A stretch of DNA of 64,000 bases from an uncultured delta proteobacterium (GTDB taxonomy: Bacteria > Myxococcota_A > Polyangia > Fen-1088): assembly GCA_963796685.1 (NCBI GenBank), contig CAWCMR010000006.1, positions 1 to 64,000 of the forward strand, given 5' to 3'. The notes beneath the pieces are model-generated. The model made no database searches and was not told the origin of the DNA. It worked only from the letters and a program-made list of their open reading frames with translations. Below are positions 8,978 to 24,507 of this stretch, in pieces (positions within the stretch are counted from its first letter, which is position 1; every line of letters begins with the position of its first letter). A program made the translations under genes and the position numbers.

Positions 8978-10366
8978 ATGCAGATAACGATTGAAGACAT
9001 CTCTCCGGTGGAAAAGCGGGTCGACTTCGAAGTGCCCTGGCACGACGTGGCCGTCAAGCTCGACAAGGCCTACGACAAGCTCCGCCGCGAGGTGCGGCTC
9101 AAAGGCTTCCGGCCCGGCAAAGTGCCGAGGCAGGTCGTCGAGAAGCTCTACAAGAGTCGGGTCGAAGACGACGTGGCACGCGAGATGGTCGAGCTGTCCA
9201 TCACCCAGGCCGTGCAAGAAAAGCAGATCGCCCCCATCGCGCCGCCCACCATCGACAAGTTGGAGATGAAGGCGGGCGAGCCGCTCAAGTTTTCGGCGCG
9301 TGTCGAGATCCGTTCTCAGGTCACGCCCAAGGACTATTCGGGCGTGCGCGTATCGCGCCGGCCCGCCAAGGTCACCGAGGAGCAGATCGACAAGGCCCTG
9401 GAAGGCTACCAGCGCCGGTTCACCGAGTTCAAGCCGGTGGAGGATCGCAAGGAGACGGCCGCCGACGACGTCTTGACGTTGGACGTGCACGGCAAGATCG
9501 GCGACCACAAGATCAAGACCCGCACCATCCAGGTCGATCTCAGCGACGAGAACGCCGGTGGCGTTCCCGGGTTGGCCGAGCGTCTACGCGGGGTTCCCGT
9601 GGACGCCCAGGCCTTGGAGGTCAAATACCAGGTTTCGCCGGAGTCGCCGGTCAAGAGCCTGGCCGGCAAGGAAGTCAGCCTGCGCGTCACGATCAAGGAG
9701 GTGCGCAGCCGCAAGGTGCCCGCCCTCGACGACGAGCTGGCCAAGGACAGCGGCGAGGCCGACACCCTGGCCGATCTGCGCACCAAGGTGCGCGAGAAGC
9801 TGCTCGAGACGGAGAATCAGCGCATCAAGCACGAGATGTCGGTGGCGCTGGTCAAGGACATCGTCAAGGTCAACCCCTTCGAGGTGGCGCCGTCGCTGGT
9901 CGATCGCTACGCCGAGGACATGGTGATGCGCACCAAGTCCCAGCTCATGATGATGGGCATCGATGTCGAGGCCGGCGGATTCAACAAGGCCGAGATACTC
10001 AAGGAGGTGCGTGCGGACGCCGAGGCCGAGGCCAAGGGCAACATCCTGGTGCACGCTATCGGCGAGCGCGAGGGTATCGAGGCCAGCGAGGGCGATGTGC
10101 AGAAGCGCATCGCCGAGATCGCCGCCGCTCGCGGGGAAAGCTCGAAGAAGCTGCGCGCCGAGCTCGAGCACAACGGACGCATCGTGGGGGTACGATCCCA
10201 GATCGTCTACGAGAAGACGGTTGATATGTTGCTGTCCCAGGCTAAGATCGTCGACGAAGATCCGGACAGCTTGATCATCACGCCCGACAAGGCGGGTAGT
10301 GAGCGATTGATCGTCACCCCCGAGGAGGCCGCCGCCGAGGCGGCCGAACGCGGAAAAAGGAAATGA
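8978..10366 (+). CDS. tig: Trigger factor
   Basis: GFRPGKVP ribosome-binding motif, FKBP-like middle region, upstream of clpP. Confidence 0.95.
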   Translation: MQITIEDISPVEKRVDFEVPWHDVAVKLDKAYDKLRREVRLKGFRPGKVPRQVVEKLYKSRVEDDVAREMVELSITQAVQEKQIAPIAPPTIDKLEMKAGEPLKFSARVEIRSQVTPKDYSGVRVSRRPAKVTEEQIDKALEGYQRRFTEFKPVEDRKETAADDVLTLDVHGKIGDHKIKTRTIQVDLSDENAGGVPGLAERLRGVPVDAQALEVKYQVSPESPVKSLAGKEVSLRVTIKEVRSRKVPALDDELAKDSGEADTLADLRTKVREKLLETENQRIKHEMSVALVKDIVKVNPFEVAPSLVDRYAEDMVMRTKSQLMMMGIDVEAGGFNKAEILKEVRADAEAEAKGNILVHAIGEREGIEASEGDVQKRIAEIAAARGESSKKLRAELEHNGRIVGVRSQIVYEKTVDMLLSQAKIVDEDPDSLIITPDKAGSERLIVTPEEAAAEAAERGKRK

Positions 10367-11022
10367 CAGCCATGCGAGATTTGAACAGCACGTCGTCCGA
10401 AGCGCCCACCATCGGCAGCATGATCATCCCCACGGTCATCGAACAGACCCACCGGGGCGAGCGCGGCTGGGACATCTTCTCGCGCCTGCTCAAGGATCGC
10501 ATCGTCTTCCTGGGCATGGCGGTGGACGATCAGATCGCCAACATCGTCATCGCTCAGCTCCTGTTCCTGGAATCCGAGGATCCGGACAAGGACATCATGC
10601 TCTACATCAACTCGCCGGGCGGCATGGTCACGGCGGGCATGGCCATCTACGATACGATGCAATACGTGCGGCCTGAAGTGGCCACCTTCTGCATGGGCCA
10701 GGCGGCTTCCATGGGCGCCTTTCTCTTGGCCGCGGGAGCCAAGGGCAAGCGTTACAGCCTGCCGCACTCGCGCATCCTGATTCACCAGCCTCTCGGCGGC
10801 TTTTCCGGGCAGGCCACCGACGTGGACATCCACGCGCGCGAGATCCTGCGCACGCGCGACAACTTGAACCAGCTCCTCGTCAAGCACACGGGCCAGGCCA
10901 TCGAGCGCATCAAGAACGACACCGAGCGCGACTACTTCATGAGCGCCGGCGAGGCCAAGGAATACGGCATCATCGACGAGGTCATCGCGCACAAGCCCAA
11001 GGGCCAGGACAAGGACAAGTAG
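10363..11022 (+). CDS. clpP: Clp protease proteolytic subunit
   Basis: [29 protein letters not shown]. The true start may be 10372 or 10420. Confidence 0.97.
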   Translation: MTAMRDLNSTSSEAPTIGSMIIPTVIEQTHRGERGWDIFSRLLKDRIVFLGMAVDDQIANIVIAQLLFLESEDPDKDIMLYINSPGGMVTAGMAIYDTMQYVRPEVATFCMGQAASMGAFLLAAGAKGKRYSLPHSRILIHQPLGGFSGQATDVDIHAREILRTRDNLNQLLVKHTGQAIERIKNDTERDYFMSAGEAKEYGIIDEVIAHKPKGQDKDK

Positions 11023-11056
11023 ACCCTTCCAGGGCAGCCCTTTTCCTAGATCCGCG

Positions 11057-11184
11057 CCTCGCCCCGCGCAGCGGGGAGAGGCCGCCGACGTCCGCGGCGG
11101 CGGGTGAGGGGTCCGAGGAAGACGCGGCTTCCCCTCACCCGCCTCGCTGCGCTCGGCGACCTCTCCCCGCTGCGCGGGGCGAGG
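11057..11184. repeat. Inverted pair of REP-like palindromic elements
   Basis: CCTCGCCCCGCGCAGCGGGGAGAGG...GGGTGAGGGG followed by its near reverse complement. Another copy at 16776-16829. Confidence 0.8.
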
Positions 11185-11237
11185 TGATGGGGCCGCTGCG
11201 CGGCCCCCTAGAAAACAGCGTCCAGTTCCCGTGATCG

Positions 11238-11417
11238 CGTAGGCGAAGCCGGGCCTTCGGGACCTCCCTGCCCGCCACCCTGCCGCCTCGGGCTTCGCCC
11301 TCGCCCTCGCCCGGCGGAGCCATAGCGCGGGAGGGTTTGGCGAGGCCGCGCGTAGCGCGGGGGTGGCAGGGCGGGCTGGCGGGTGCCGAGGGCGAAGCGA
11401 ACCCTCTCAGGGTTCCC
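11238..11417. repeat. Structured dispersed intergenic repeat
   Basis: Internal inverted repeats (GCTTCGCCCTCG/CGAGGGCGAAGC). Shares GCG.AGCCGGG, TTCGGGACCT, AGCGCGGGA and a terminal AACCCT..AGGGTT hairpin with 17912-18051. Confidence 0.55.
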
Positions 11418-11467
11418 ATTACATTCCAACCATGGCGAGGATGCCAGGCTGGTGCTAGTTTAGATCG

Positions 11468-12742
<1,275 letters not shown>

Positions 12743-12881
12743 GAAGGGCGTTGCGGAGGAACCTGCTCTGGGTTTCCGCGGTGCTGCTCTTCGTCGCGGC
12801 CTACTTCATCATGGCCCCCGACGCCCCCAACCTGCCGACGTCGCCCGAACAAAGCGAGTCCACGGGCAGGACCGCGTATTA

Positions 12882-12955
12882 GTAGGGGCGGGTTTCAAAC
12901 CCGCCCTCGGAATCAGATGGTTGCCGGCAAGGGCGGGTTTGAAACCCGCCCCTAC
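12882..12955. repeat. GTAG-type REP doublet
   Basis: GTAGGGGCGGGTTTCAAACCCGCCCT ... AGGGCGGGTTTGAAACCCGCCCCTAC inverted pair. Confidence 0.85.
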
Positions 12956-13022
12956 ACCTTCGGATGAGGCGGGAATGGTCAAAAATTAGCTGTCTTCTGC
13001 AGCCGTTGATACGATCCGGGCC

Positions 13023-15536
<2,514 letters not shown>

Positions 15537-15586
15537 CCAACTGCCACAAGCGACTTTCACGCAAATGTTGTAAATACAGGCCTCTC

Positions 15587-15671
15587 GGAGGAGTGGCCGA
15601 GTGGTCGAAGGCGACGGTCTTGAAAACCGTAGTGCCGTAAGGCACCAAGGGTTCGAACCCCTTCTCCTCCT
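15587..15671 (+). tRNA. tRNA-Ser(TGA)
   Basis: GGAGGAG/CTCCTCC acceptor stem, ACGGT-CTTGAAA-ACCGT anticodon arm, long variable arm, GTTCGAA T-loop. Confidence 0.95.
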
Positions 15672-16603
15672 CATAAAAGGAACCCTGAAAGGGTTCCTTA
15701 AACCTCCCGCGACGAGAGCAGACGGGCAAAGCCCGCCTGCTCTCACGCGATCATAAAAGGAACCCTGAGAGGGTTCCTTAAACCTCCCGCGACGAGAGCA
15801 GACGGGCAAAGCCCGCCTGCTCTCACGCGATCATAAAAGGAACCCTGAGAGGGTTCCTTAAACCTCCCGCGACGAGAGCAGACGGGCAAAGCCCGCCTGC
15901 TCTCACGCGATCATAAAAGGAACCCTGAGAGGGTTCCTTAAACCTCCCGCGACGAGAGCAGACGGGCAAAGCCCGCCTGCTCTCACGCGATCATAAAAGG
16001 AACCCTGAGAGGGTTCCTTAAACCTCCCGCGACGAGAGCAGACGGGCAAAGCCCGCCTGCTCTCACGCGATCATAAAAGGAACCCTGAGAGGGTTCCTTA
16101 AACCTCCCGCGACGAGAGCAGACGGGCAAAGCCCGCCTGCTCTCACGCGATCATAAAAGGAACCCTGAGAGGGTTCCTTAAACCTCCCGCGACGAGAGCA
16201 GACGGGCAAAGCCCGCCTGCTCTCACGCGATCATAAAAGGAACCCTGAGAGGGTTCCTTAAACCTCCCGCGACGAGAGCAGACGGGCAAAGCCCGCCTGC
16301 TCTCACGCGATCATAAAAGGAACCCTGAGAGGGTTCCTTAAACCTCCCGCGACGAGAGCAGACGGGCAAAGCCCGCCTGCTCTCACGCGATCATAAAAGG
16401 AACCCTGAGAGGGTTCCTTAAACCTCCCGCGACGAGAGCAGACGGGCAAAGCCCGCCTGCTCTCACGCGATCATAAAAGGAACCCTGAGAGGGTTCCTTA
16501 AACCTCCCGCGACGAGAGCAGACGGGCAAAGCCCGCCTGCTCTCACGCGATCATACTCCCGCGACGAGAGCAGACGGGCAAAGCCCGCCGGGACTCACGC
16601 GAT
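15671..16603. repeat. Tandem array: 11 x 80 bp plus one degenerate partial unit
   Basis: Unit TCATAAAAGGAACCCTGAGAGGGTTCCTTAAACCTCCCGCGACGAGAGCAGACGGGCAAAGCCCGCCTGCTCTCACGCGA at 15671-16550. Unit 1 has one substitution. Confidence 0.97.
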
Positions 16604-16653
16604 AAACCAAGACTTGAGATCCGACGAGATCTCAAGTAGTACCAAGCATCTCT

Positions 16654-16744
16654 GGAGAGGTGGCCGAGAGGCCGAAGGCGGCGGTTTGCTAAACCGTTAT
16701 ACGGGCTTAAACCTGTATCGGGAGTTCGAATCTCCCCCTCTCCG
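16654..16744 (+). tRNA. tRNA-Ser(GCT)
   Basis: GGAGAGG/CCTCTCC acceptor stem, GCGGT-TTGCTAA-ACCGT anticodon arm, long variable arm, GTTCGAA. Confidence 0.95.
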
Positions 16745-16775
16745 CTATTTTGATGGGAACCCTGATCTGAAAACA

Positions 16776-16829
16776 CCTCGCCCCGCGCAGCGGGGAGAGG
16801 TCGCCGAGCGTAGCGAGGCGGGTGAGGGG
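16776..16829. repeat. REP-like element (same family as 11057-11184)
   Basis: CCTCGCCCCGCGCAGCGGGGAGAGGTCGCCGAGCGTAGCGAGGCGGGTGAGGGG. Confidence 0.8.
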
Positions 16830-16893
16830 CTGCCACGTATCATCCCTGAAGGATCCGGGCTTCCACCCGGCGGCGCGACTGGGAGGATTTGCT

Positions 16894-17415
16894 TTGCACT
16901 CAGGTAGAAGACTCATCATCCAATTGGCCTTGGCTTTCTTGCTCTTTGCCGGCGCGTGCGGCCGGGTGGGGTTGCTGCCGCCCCCGGATTCGGGAGGGGA
17001 ACCCGACTCGTCGGGTGGCTCCGCTGGAGCCAGCGGCGGTTCCGGTGGAGCGGGTGGGACGGTCTTTGTCCGCTTGCCGGACGGCGGTCTGTCTGCCCTC
17101 ATCGGCGACAGCGGCATCCTGGGCGGAATTCTTGATGCCCCACGCGATAGCCTGATGGGACAGATCATCTGCGGTCCCGAGGCCAAGTTTGGCGCATCGT
17201 GCTCCGGCGAAATACCAGGCTGCCTCCTGCCCAGCCTTGGTGGCGCCTGTGCCTGTGTGAGCGGCACGTACATCTGTCCCAACGACACGACCCAGGGACC
17301 GACGGCATGCCCCAAGGGTGCGGCGACCGGTGGCCGCTGCACCTCGCTGTTTTCAGTGTGCCTCGGTGGTGGTGCGAACGCTTGCGTCTGCGCTGGTACC
17401 TATACTTGCTTCTAG
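16894..17415 (+). CDS. Cys-rich lipoprotein
   Basis: GGAGG RBS plus TTG; lipobox FAGAC; two C....C.C..G.Y.C repeats. Confidence 0.7.
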   Translation: MHSGRRLIIQLALAFLLFAGACGRVGLLPPPDSGGEPDSSGGSAGASGGSGGAGGTVFVRLPDGGLSALIGDSGILGGILDAPRDSLMGQIICGPEAKFGASCSGEIPGCLLPSLGGACACVSGTYICPNDTTQGPTACPKGAATGGRCTSLFSVCLGGGANACVCAGTYTCF

Positions 17416-17427
17416 TCTGGCTCCGCG

Positions 17428-17871
17428 CTACGGCGTGATCGACGGGCACTGGTTGCCGGGTGCGCAGACGGCGGGGAAGCAGGCGCTGACGGTGACCGTG
17501 GTCGTGGTGGTCAGCGGGACCGCGTAGGTGCAGCAAGGGGCATTCGACCCGCACGAGGTGCAGCTGCTTCCGAAGGTCACGTTCGTGCAGAAACACGGCA
17601 TGCTGGCCGGCATGGTGTAACCGAACCAGCTCTTGCACGAGCATTGGAGAGCGCCGGTACATTCGGTCCCCGTGGCGGTGCACGGTTTGCCGATGCCGTT
17701 TTCGTTGCCCACATCGGGCGGGCAACCAGGAGGCACTTCAGGCAGGGAAAAGCTGACCTGGGCGTCGCTCGGCCCGGCCGGTGAAGCATCGCGCAGCGAA
17801 CCTGGGCTGTCGCTTGGGTTGCAGGCGACTGCGAAAAGCAAAGTCGAGACTACTTGCCACGGCCTCACCAT
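17428..17871 (-). CDS. Cys-rich lipoprotein
   Basis: LLFAVAC lipobox; Cys-dense C-terminal domain. Confidence 0.75.
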   Translation of the reverse strand: MVRPWQVVSTLLFAVACNPSDSPGSLRDASPAGPSDAQVSFSLPEVPPGCPPDVGNENGIGKPCTATGTECTGALQCSCKSWFGYTMPASMPCFCTNVTFGSSCTSCGSNAPCCTYAVPLTTTTTVTVSACFPAVCAPGNQCPSITP

Positions 17872-17911
17872 GTACCCTCAGTATAGCAGGCTTTGACGGA
17901 CGAGTCGCGTT

Positions 17912-18051
17912 GGCGTAGCCGGGCTTTGCCCACCGACTTCGTCGGTGCTTCGGGACCTACACCTCCACGCCCTCACCCTCGCGTCCTTCGGACGCGCCCC
18001 TCGCGGCTCCGCCAGAGCGCGGGAAGGAATGGAAACCCTTCGAGGGTTTCC
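17912..18051. repeat. Structured dispersed repeat related to 11238-11417
   Basis: Shared motifs and terminal hairpin TGGAAACCCT-TCG-AGGGTTTCCA. Confidence 0.5.
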
Positions 18052-18054
18052 ATA

Positions 18055-19067
18055 TCAGAACATGTAGGAAAGCCGACCCATGTACGCGTTCGAGCCCGAA
18101 AAGGTGATGACCCCGAAGTCCCGTGTGCTGCGCCCTGGAAGGCCGAATCGGGCCACCGCGGCGAGTCGGAAGCCCAGGAAACTCACAGTCGCCGCCGGAA
18201 TGATGAAGATGGCCCGCGTGCCGTTGAGATTCCGCATGTTCTCCACCTCGACGCGGTTGAGTTGCACGCAGCTCGTGCAGCTCCGTCGAGAGATCCAGCC
18301 AGTCGGCCAGGGCCACATCGGCCGCCACGTGCGACTCCCAGAAGTAGACGTTGGGTATCTGCTGCAAGATGCCCCCGAGGTTGACGTCCCTGGCAAGCAT
18401 GCCGAGGAGACCCTGGTTCACCGTGAGCGAAACCGGGCCGTAGGTGGTGTGCAGCAGCACGCCTGGGGCTACGTGCAGGTAGTAGGGGAACCCGAACTCC
18501 AAGGTCGAGCCATCGATGAGGCCGAATTTGTATTTCGTGGTGTGGGGGGGCAAGCGCACGCGCAGCCCCACACCGAGGTGGGTTTTCACCGCCTCGGCTC
18601 GCAGAATCCCACCAGTAGGTCGCCCCGGTGATGATGTCCCCGAGAGAGAAGGCGGCCTTGGTCTGGTCGGCATCCGTGGGCGGCAACCCCATGAGGGAGT
18701 CGATCGAAAGCTGCGTGTATTGAATTGGCACTTCCACGTGCAAGTCCACGTCGCCGATCTGAAAAATGCCGCCCACGGCAACCCGGTAATTCCTGCCTCG
18801 CCCTCGGACCCACCAGAACGTGGACAGGTCGTTCGTCGTTTCATAGGTTTGGTCCACGTAAAGGGAAATCCCCCTTGCCACGCTCTGCAGCTGTGGGTAA
18901 TCGATGCCCGGGGGGCTGAATCCCCTTGGCGGCGCCGGTGCAACGGCAGCCTCCCTCTCATCCGGCGAGTCAGGGCCGGCTCCCTCGGTGGCAGACTCTT
19001 CGTCCGCGGATGCTCGCAAGGGCCAAGCGAGCAGCAGGACGAGAATTGACGACCAGAAACATCTCAT
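18055..19067 (-). pseudogene. Secreted/outer-membrane beta-barrel-like protein with two +1 frameshifts (possibly sequence errors)
   Basis: Signal peptide. Three consecutive ORF pieces join if one base is removed at ~18606 and one at ~18277 (span 1013 = 3n+2). Ends RLSYMF. Confidence 0.7.
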
Positions 19068-19224
19068 TTCATCACGCGCAGTGCCGCATTTCTAACATAG
19101 GTGTCCCAACATGCGGACCGATGTCGATGTGTGGAGGGTCACGCAAGTCGACAATCCGTCACTATTTTTCTTGTCGGGCCGCAAACCAGGGGAGGATCAT
19201 CGACTTGCGGCAGAGGACCCATTC

Positions 19225-19764
19225 ATGCGAGAGCAAGAGATGCGTTTGCGGGTGTTCCGATTCCTCAAGGCGAGGATGCGCAACATGCTCATGCCCGCGG
19301 CGATGGGCATCGGGCTTGCGGGGGCTGGATGCCTGGCCAAGTCAGCGGCCGTGTACTCGGCTCCCAACCCGTCCGACGCTGCGCTGGTCAACCGCGATGT
19401 GCGCTTCGATGACGTTTCCCCCGCCGGGCCGGAGGTTCCTGCGGCGGATGGGCGCGAAGCCGCCACCGGCCTGGACGTGCCTGGCCCGGCCGATAGCGAA
19501 GTCGCCAATCAGGCGCTAGCCACGGACACCGCCGACAGCGGGCTCGCCGATGCATCCGCGGATGTCTTGATGTACCCGGAAACCGGGGGCGTGAAGTACA
19601 TGGGGCCCACCCCCCTTGACTCCGGAGCCATCGAAGCTGGAGGCGACTCCGGTGGTGAGGCTGGCCCGGTCATCGCCAAGTACGTCGCCCCGATGCCGGA
19701 CGCGGCAAACGACTTGGGCCTCGCTGTCCGCTACATGGCCCAGATGCCGGACAGCGGCGCCTGA
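19225..19764 (+). CDS. Low-complexity lipoprotein with repeated Y-x-(A/G)-(P/Q) motifs
   Basis: GLAGAGC lipobox; VYSAP, KYMGPTP, KYVAPMPD, RYMAQMPD. Confidence 0.7.
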   Translation: MREQEMRLRVFRFLKARMRNMLMPAAMGIGLAGAGCLAKSAAVYSAPNPSDAALVNRDVRFDDVSPAGPEVPAADGREAATGLDVPGPADSEVANQALATDTADSGLADASADVLMYPETGGVKYMGPTPLDSGAIEAGGDSGGEAGPVIAKYVAPMPDAANDLGLAVRYMAQMPDSGA

Positions 19765-19920
19765 GGGGCCTGTTAAGGGCGCCGCAGGCAACACGAAGCC
19801 GCCTGCGGCGCGTGAACCAGACAAGGGGCTCGCCAGGCACGCTCCTTTCCCGCCCCTCGCCTCTTCTGCCGCCAGCCAAGCCGATTTGGCCGGGCGGACG
19901 GACCGGTCGGTTGCGCGTGC

Positions 19921-20100
19921 CTAGCGCAGCTCTACTTGTTCTTCGCGTTTCTCGGTCTGACGTGCACTGCGGCGGTCTTCGGACAGTTTGCGTAGGTGGA
20001 TGATCTCTTCGGGAGTCAGACGCTCGTGCCCCTGGTCGACCTCCTCAGCCTTCGCATCTTGCCACTCGAGCGAGCCCGGACGGATGTGACGTATCTGCAT
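19921..20100 (-). CDS. Small hypothetical protein (59 aa)
   Basis: Strong AGGAGG RBS before the ATG; charged helical sequence. Confidence 0.55.
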   Translation of the reverse strand: MQIRHIRPGSLEWQDAKAEEVDQGHERLTPEEIIHLRKLSEDRRSARQTEKREEQVELR

Positions 20101-20321
20101 CGTTACCTCCTGCCGTTTCAATGTCGGGGAGACTTGTGTCTCGCCTCGCACCTCTCATTGGAAGAAAACCATCGTGAATGAGAGCCCATTCCCGCACTTG
20201 GCTAGTCTCCGCGATCTTTTCCTTCCTTGCCCAGAAAAATCGACCAACGCCGGGCGTTGGCCGTGCCCGCGCCATTGGCCTGCGGCAATCACCCACGCGT
20301 TCGTGCTAGAAGCCCTTCGCC

Positions 20322-22039
<1,718 letters not shown>

Positions 22040-22043
<4 letters not shown>

Positions 22044-22759
22044 CCGAGCGCAAGGCCATCCTGGCCGCCGAGCGCGTGATGGTGGCGCTCGATGTACCGG
22101 ACATGGCCGGGTTGACCTCCTTCCTGGACCGGCTGGAAGGTCGGCCGCGTTTCTACAAGGTCGGCCTGGAGCTCTTCGTGGCCGAGGGCGCGCGCGCCGT
22201 GGAGGCCGTGCAGAAGCGCGGCGGTAAGGTCTTCCTCGATCTCAAGCTGCACGACATTCCCGAGACCGTGGCGCGGGCCGTGGCCTCGGCGGCCAGCCTG
22301 GGCGCCGAGCTCTTGACGGTTCACACGGCGGGCGGCTTCGCGATGATGCGCAGGGCGGTCGAGGTGTCCAAGGGCAAGCCCGGTATTCTCGGTGTCACGG
22401 TGCTGACCAGTCTGTCCGAGGAGGATTTGCGCGCCGACGGCATCGCGGGCACCATGCGCGAGGCCGTCGTTCGTCGCGCCAAGCTGGCCGAGAAGGCGGG
22501 CGCGACCGGCATCGTGTGCTCGCCGCAGGAAGTGGCCGAGGTACGCGCGGCCAGCAGCGCCCTGACCCTGGTGGTCCCCGGCGTACGCCCGGCGGGTGCC
22601 GCGCTCGGCGATCAGAAGCGCGTGGCGACTCCGTCGAGCGCCATCGCGGCAGGGGCCGATTATCTCGTGGTGGGGCGTCCCATTCGCGACGCCCAGAACC
22701 CGGCGGCGGCATTCGCGGCCCTGGTCGGCGAGGTCGAGTCCGCGTTGGCGACCACGTAG
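22040..22759 (+). CDS. pyrF: Orotidine-5'-phosphate decarboxylase
   Basis: VALD, KVGLELF, FLDLKLHDIP.TV, VPGVRP, DQKRV, VVGRPI. GTG overlaps the proS stop. Confidence 0.96.
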
Positions 22760-22777
22760 GATTTTCGGGGGAGCATC

Positions 22778-23536
22778 ATGTCGCGCGTGGTTTTCGGGGT
22801 TCGTCCCATCGAGGAGCTGTGCCGAGCCCGGCCGCGCGAGGTCGTGATTGTCTACGTGGCCGATGGGTACCGCTCGAAGGAGATCGAGGCGGCCGTCGCG
22901 GCGGCCAAGGATCGTGGCATCACCGTCGAGTTCCGCCCGCGCGCCCTGGTCGCCGATCTGGCGGCTTCGCCCAACCACCAAGGCATGGCTGCCGTGGCCG
23001 GCGAGTTTCAGTACGCCCGCGTCGACGAGATGCTGACCGCGGCGACCGCGGCGAACGAGCCTGCCCTGCTGCTGGTTCTCGACTGCATCACCGATCCGCA
23101 AAACTTCGGCGCCCTGGTTCGCAGCGCCGAGGTGCTTGGAGCCCACGGCGTGATCGTGCCCGACAAGCACGCCGCGCCGGTCACGGGCTCGGTGGTCAAG
23201 GCCTCCGCGGGCGCCAGCGAGCGCATGCGCATCGCCCGGGTGCGCAATCTGCTCGGCACCATCGATTGGCTGCGCGAGCAAGGTATCGCCGTGTGGGGCG
23301 GCGCCGCGGAAGGCGCGGTTGCACTCGACCAGGCCGACCTGCGAGGCCCCGTGGCGTTGATCGTCGGCGGCGAGGGCCGTGGCTTGCGCACCGCCGTGGC
23401 CAGGCGGTGCTCGTCGCTGGTGCAGATCCCTCAGCGCGGTCACGTGGCCTCGCTCAACGCCTCGGTCGCTGGCGCCATCCTGCTCTACGAGGCGGTTCGC
23501 CAGCGTGGACTGTCCTCGCGGCTCACGTCAGGGTGA
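22778..23536 (+). CDS. rlmB: 23S rRNA Gm2251 methyltransferase (TrmH/SpoU family)
   Basis: NHQG, LDCITDPQNFGALVRSA, KASAGA, GGEGRG, SLNASVA. Confidence 0.9.
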   Translation: MSRVVFGVRPIEELCRARPREVVIVYVADGYRSKEIEAAVAAAKDRGITVEFRPRALVADLAASPNHQGMAAVAGEFQYARVDEMLTAATAANEPALLLVLDCITDPQNFGALVRSAEVLGAHGVIVPDKHAAPVTGSVVKASAGASERMRIARVRNLLGTIDWLREQGIAVWGGAAEGAVALDQADLRGPVALIVGGEGRGLRTAVARRCSSLVQIPQRGHVASLNASVAGAILLYEAVRQRGLSSRLTSG

Positions 23537-23834
23537 CGGGGAAAATCGTGATCCCTACGCGTTCGATGTGATCGCGGAGCGACTGCAACTTGATCGTCGC
23601 GAACGGCTGCACGTCGTAGCGATAGGGCAAGGGCAAGTCGTCGAGCTCTGCCGCGATGGACTCGGCCGCCAGGGCATCGACATCGCCCCACAGCGCCAGG
23701 TCCACATCGGACTCGGGCCTCTCGGTCCCCTTCGCGCGCGAGCCGAAGACCTTCACCGCGGTGACGTTCGGATGACGCGCGAACACAGCGCGAATGAGGT
23801 CGAGCTCGGCCGGCTGGAGGGCCGGGGTATTCAT
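23523..23834 (-). CDS. Minimal nucleotidyltransferase (MNT antitoxin)
   Basis: VFGSRAKG...SDVDLA, LPLPYRYDV, LRDHIERVG. Confidence 0.9.
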   Translation of the reverse strand: MNTPALQPAELDLIRAVFARHPNVTAVKVFGSRAKGTERPESDVDLALWGDVDALAAESIAAELDDLPLPYRYDVQPFATIKLQSLRDHIERVGITIFPVTLT

Positions 23835-24244
23835 GCGGGCGCCCTCTGCGCGAACCACGCGTCCATCGCCGACAGCGCCGGGAGGTAGCGCCTGGCGATG
23901 GCATCCACGGCCGTCTCGAACACGCTGGCATCGTACGTGTGCGCCAGCAAGTTGCGGTGGTCGAGCATGTCGATCCAGGCCTGGCCGTCGGGAACCAACT
24001 TGGCGGCGAAAGCTTCCTTGATGACCTGGCGGGGTGTGATCGGCGTAATCACCGCTCCCTCTGCATCGAGGTAGTCTTTGAGCAGCTTCCATGCCAGCTC
24101 GAAAGTGTATTCAAAGCGCTGAATCACGCCTTCCTTTTCAAGGGCAGAAAGCGCGGACGGACCCCGCTCGAGAGCCTCGCGCAGGAGCACGAAGGCGCGG
24201 TCGAAGTTGGAAAAGCGCTGCTTCCAGCGCACGTCGAGAGTCAT
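23831..24244 (-). CDS. HEPN toxin / nucleotidyltransferase substrate-binding protein (HI0074 family)
   Basis: RWKQRFSNF, GVIQRFEYTFELAWK, RN..AHTY HEPN motif. ATGA overlap with the MNT gene. Confidence 0.9.
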   Translation of the reverse strand: MTLDVRWKQRFSNFDRAFVLLREALERGPSALSALEKEGVIQRFEYTFELAWKLLKDYLDAEGAVITPITPRQVIKEAFAAKLVPDGQAWIDMLDHRNLLAHTYDASVFETAVDAIARRYLPALSAMDAWFAQRAPA

Positions 24245-24507
24245 GACAGCTCGAAGCAAGTATAGCCAAAAGGCCCGGACTCGGTGAAGCGATCCTGTCC
24301 GTTGGGGGTGACAGCCCACGCAACGCCCAAGGCCCGGGACCGATAACGTCTGCGGCCATATCACACCTTCCCGACTTCCTGGCCTCCTTAGAGGCCTGCT
24401 TTTCTGTTAAGCACCGTGGTCTTTCGTCAACGCTGACCCGCTGCTCGCATCCTGCTATATTCGCAGGCTCACGTTTCACCGAACCTACTAGAGAAGGAGA
24501 AGCACAG

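Noticed and set aside
15671-16550. CRISPR array
   Set aside because: The units are identical end to end with no unique spacers, and there are no cas genes in the window.
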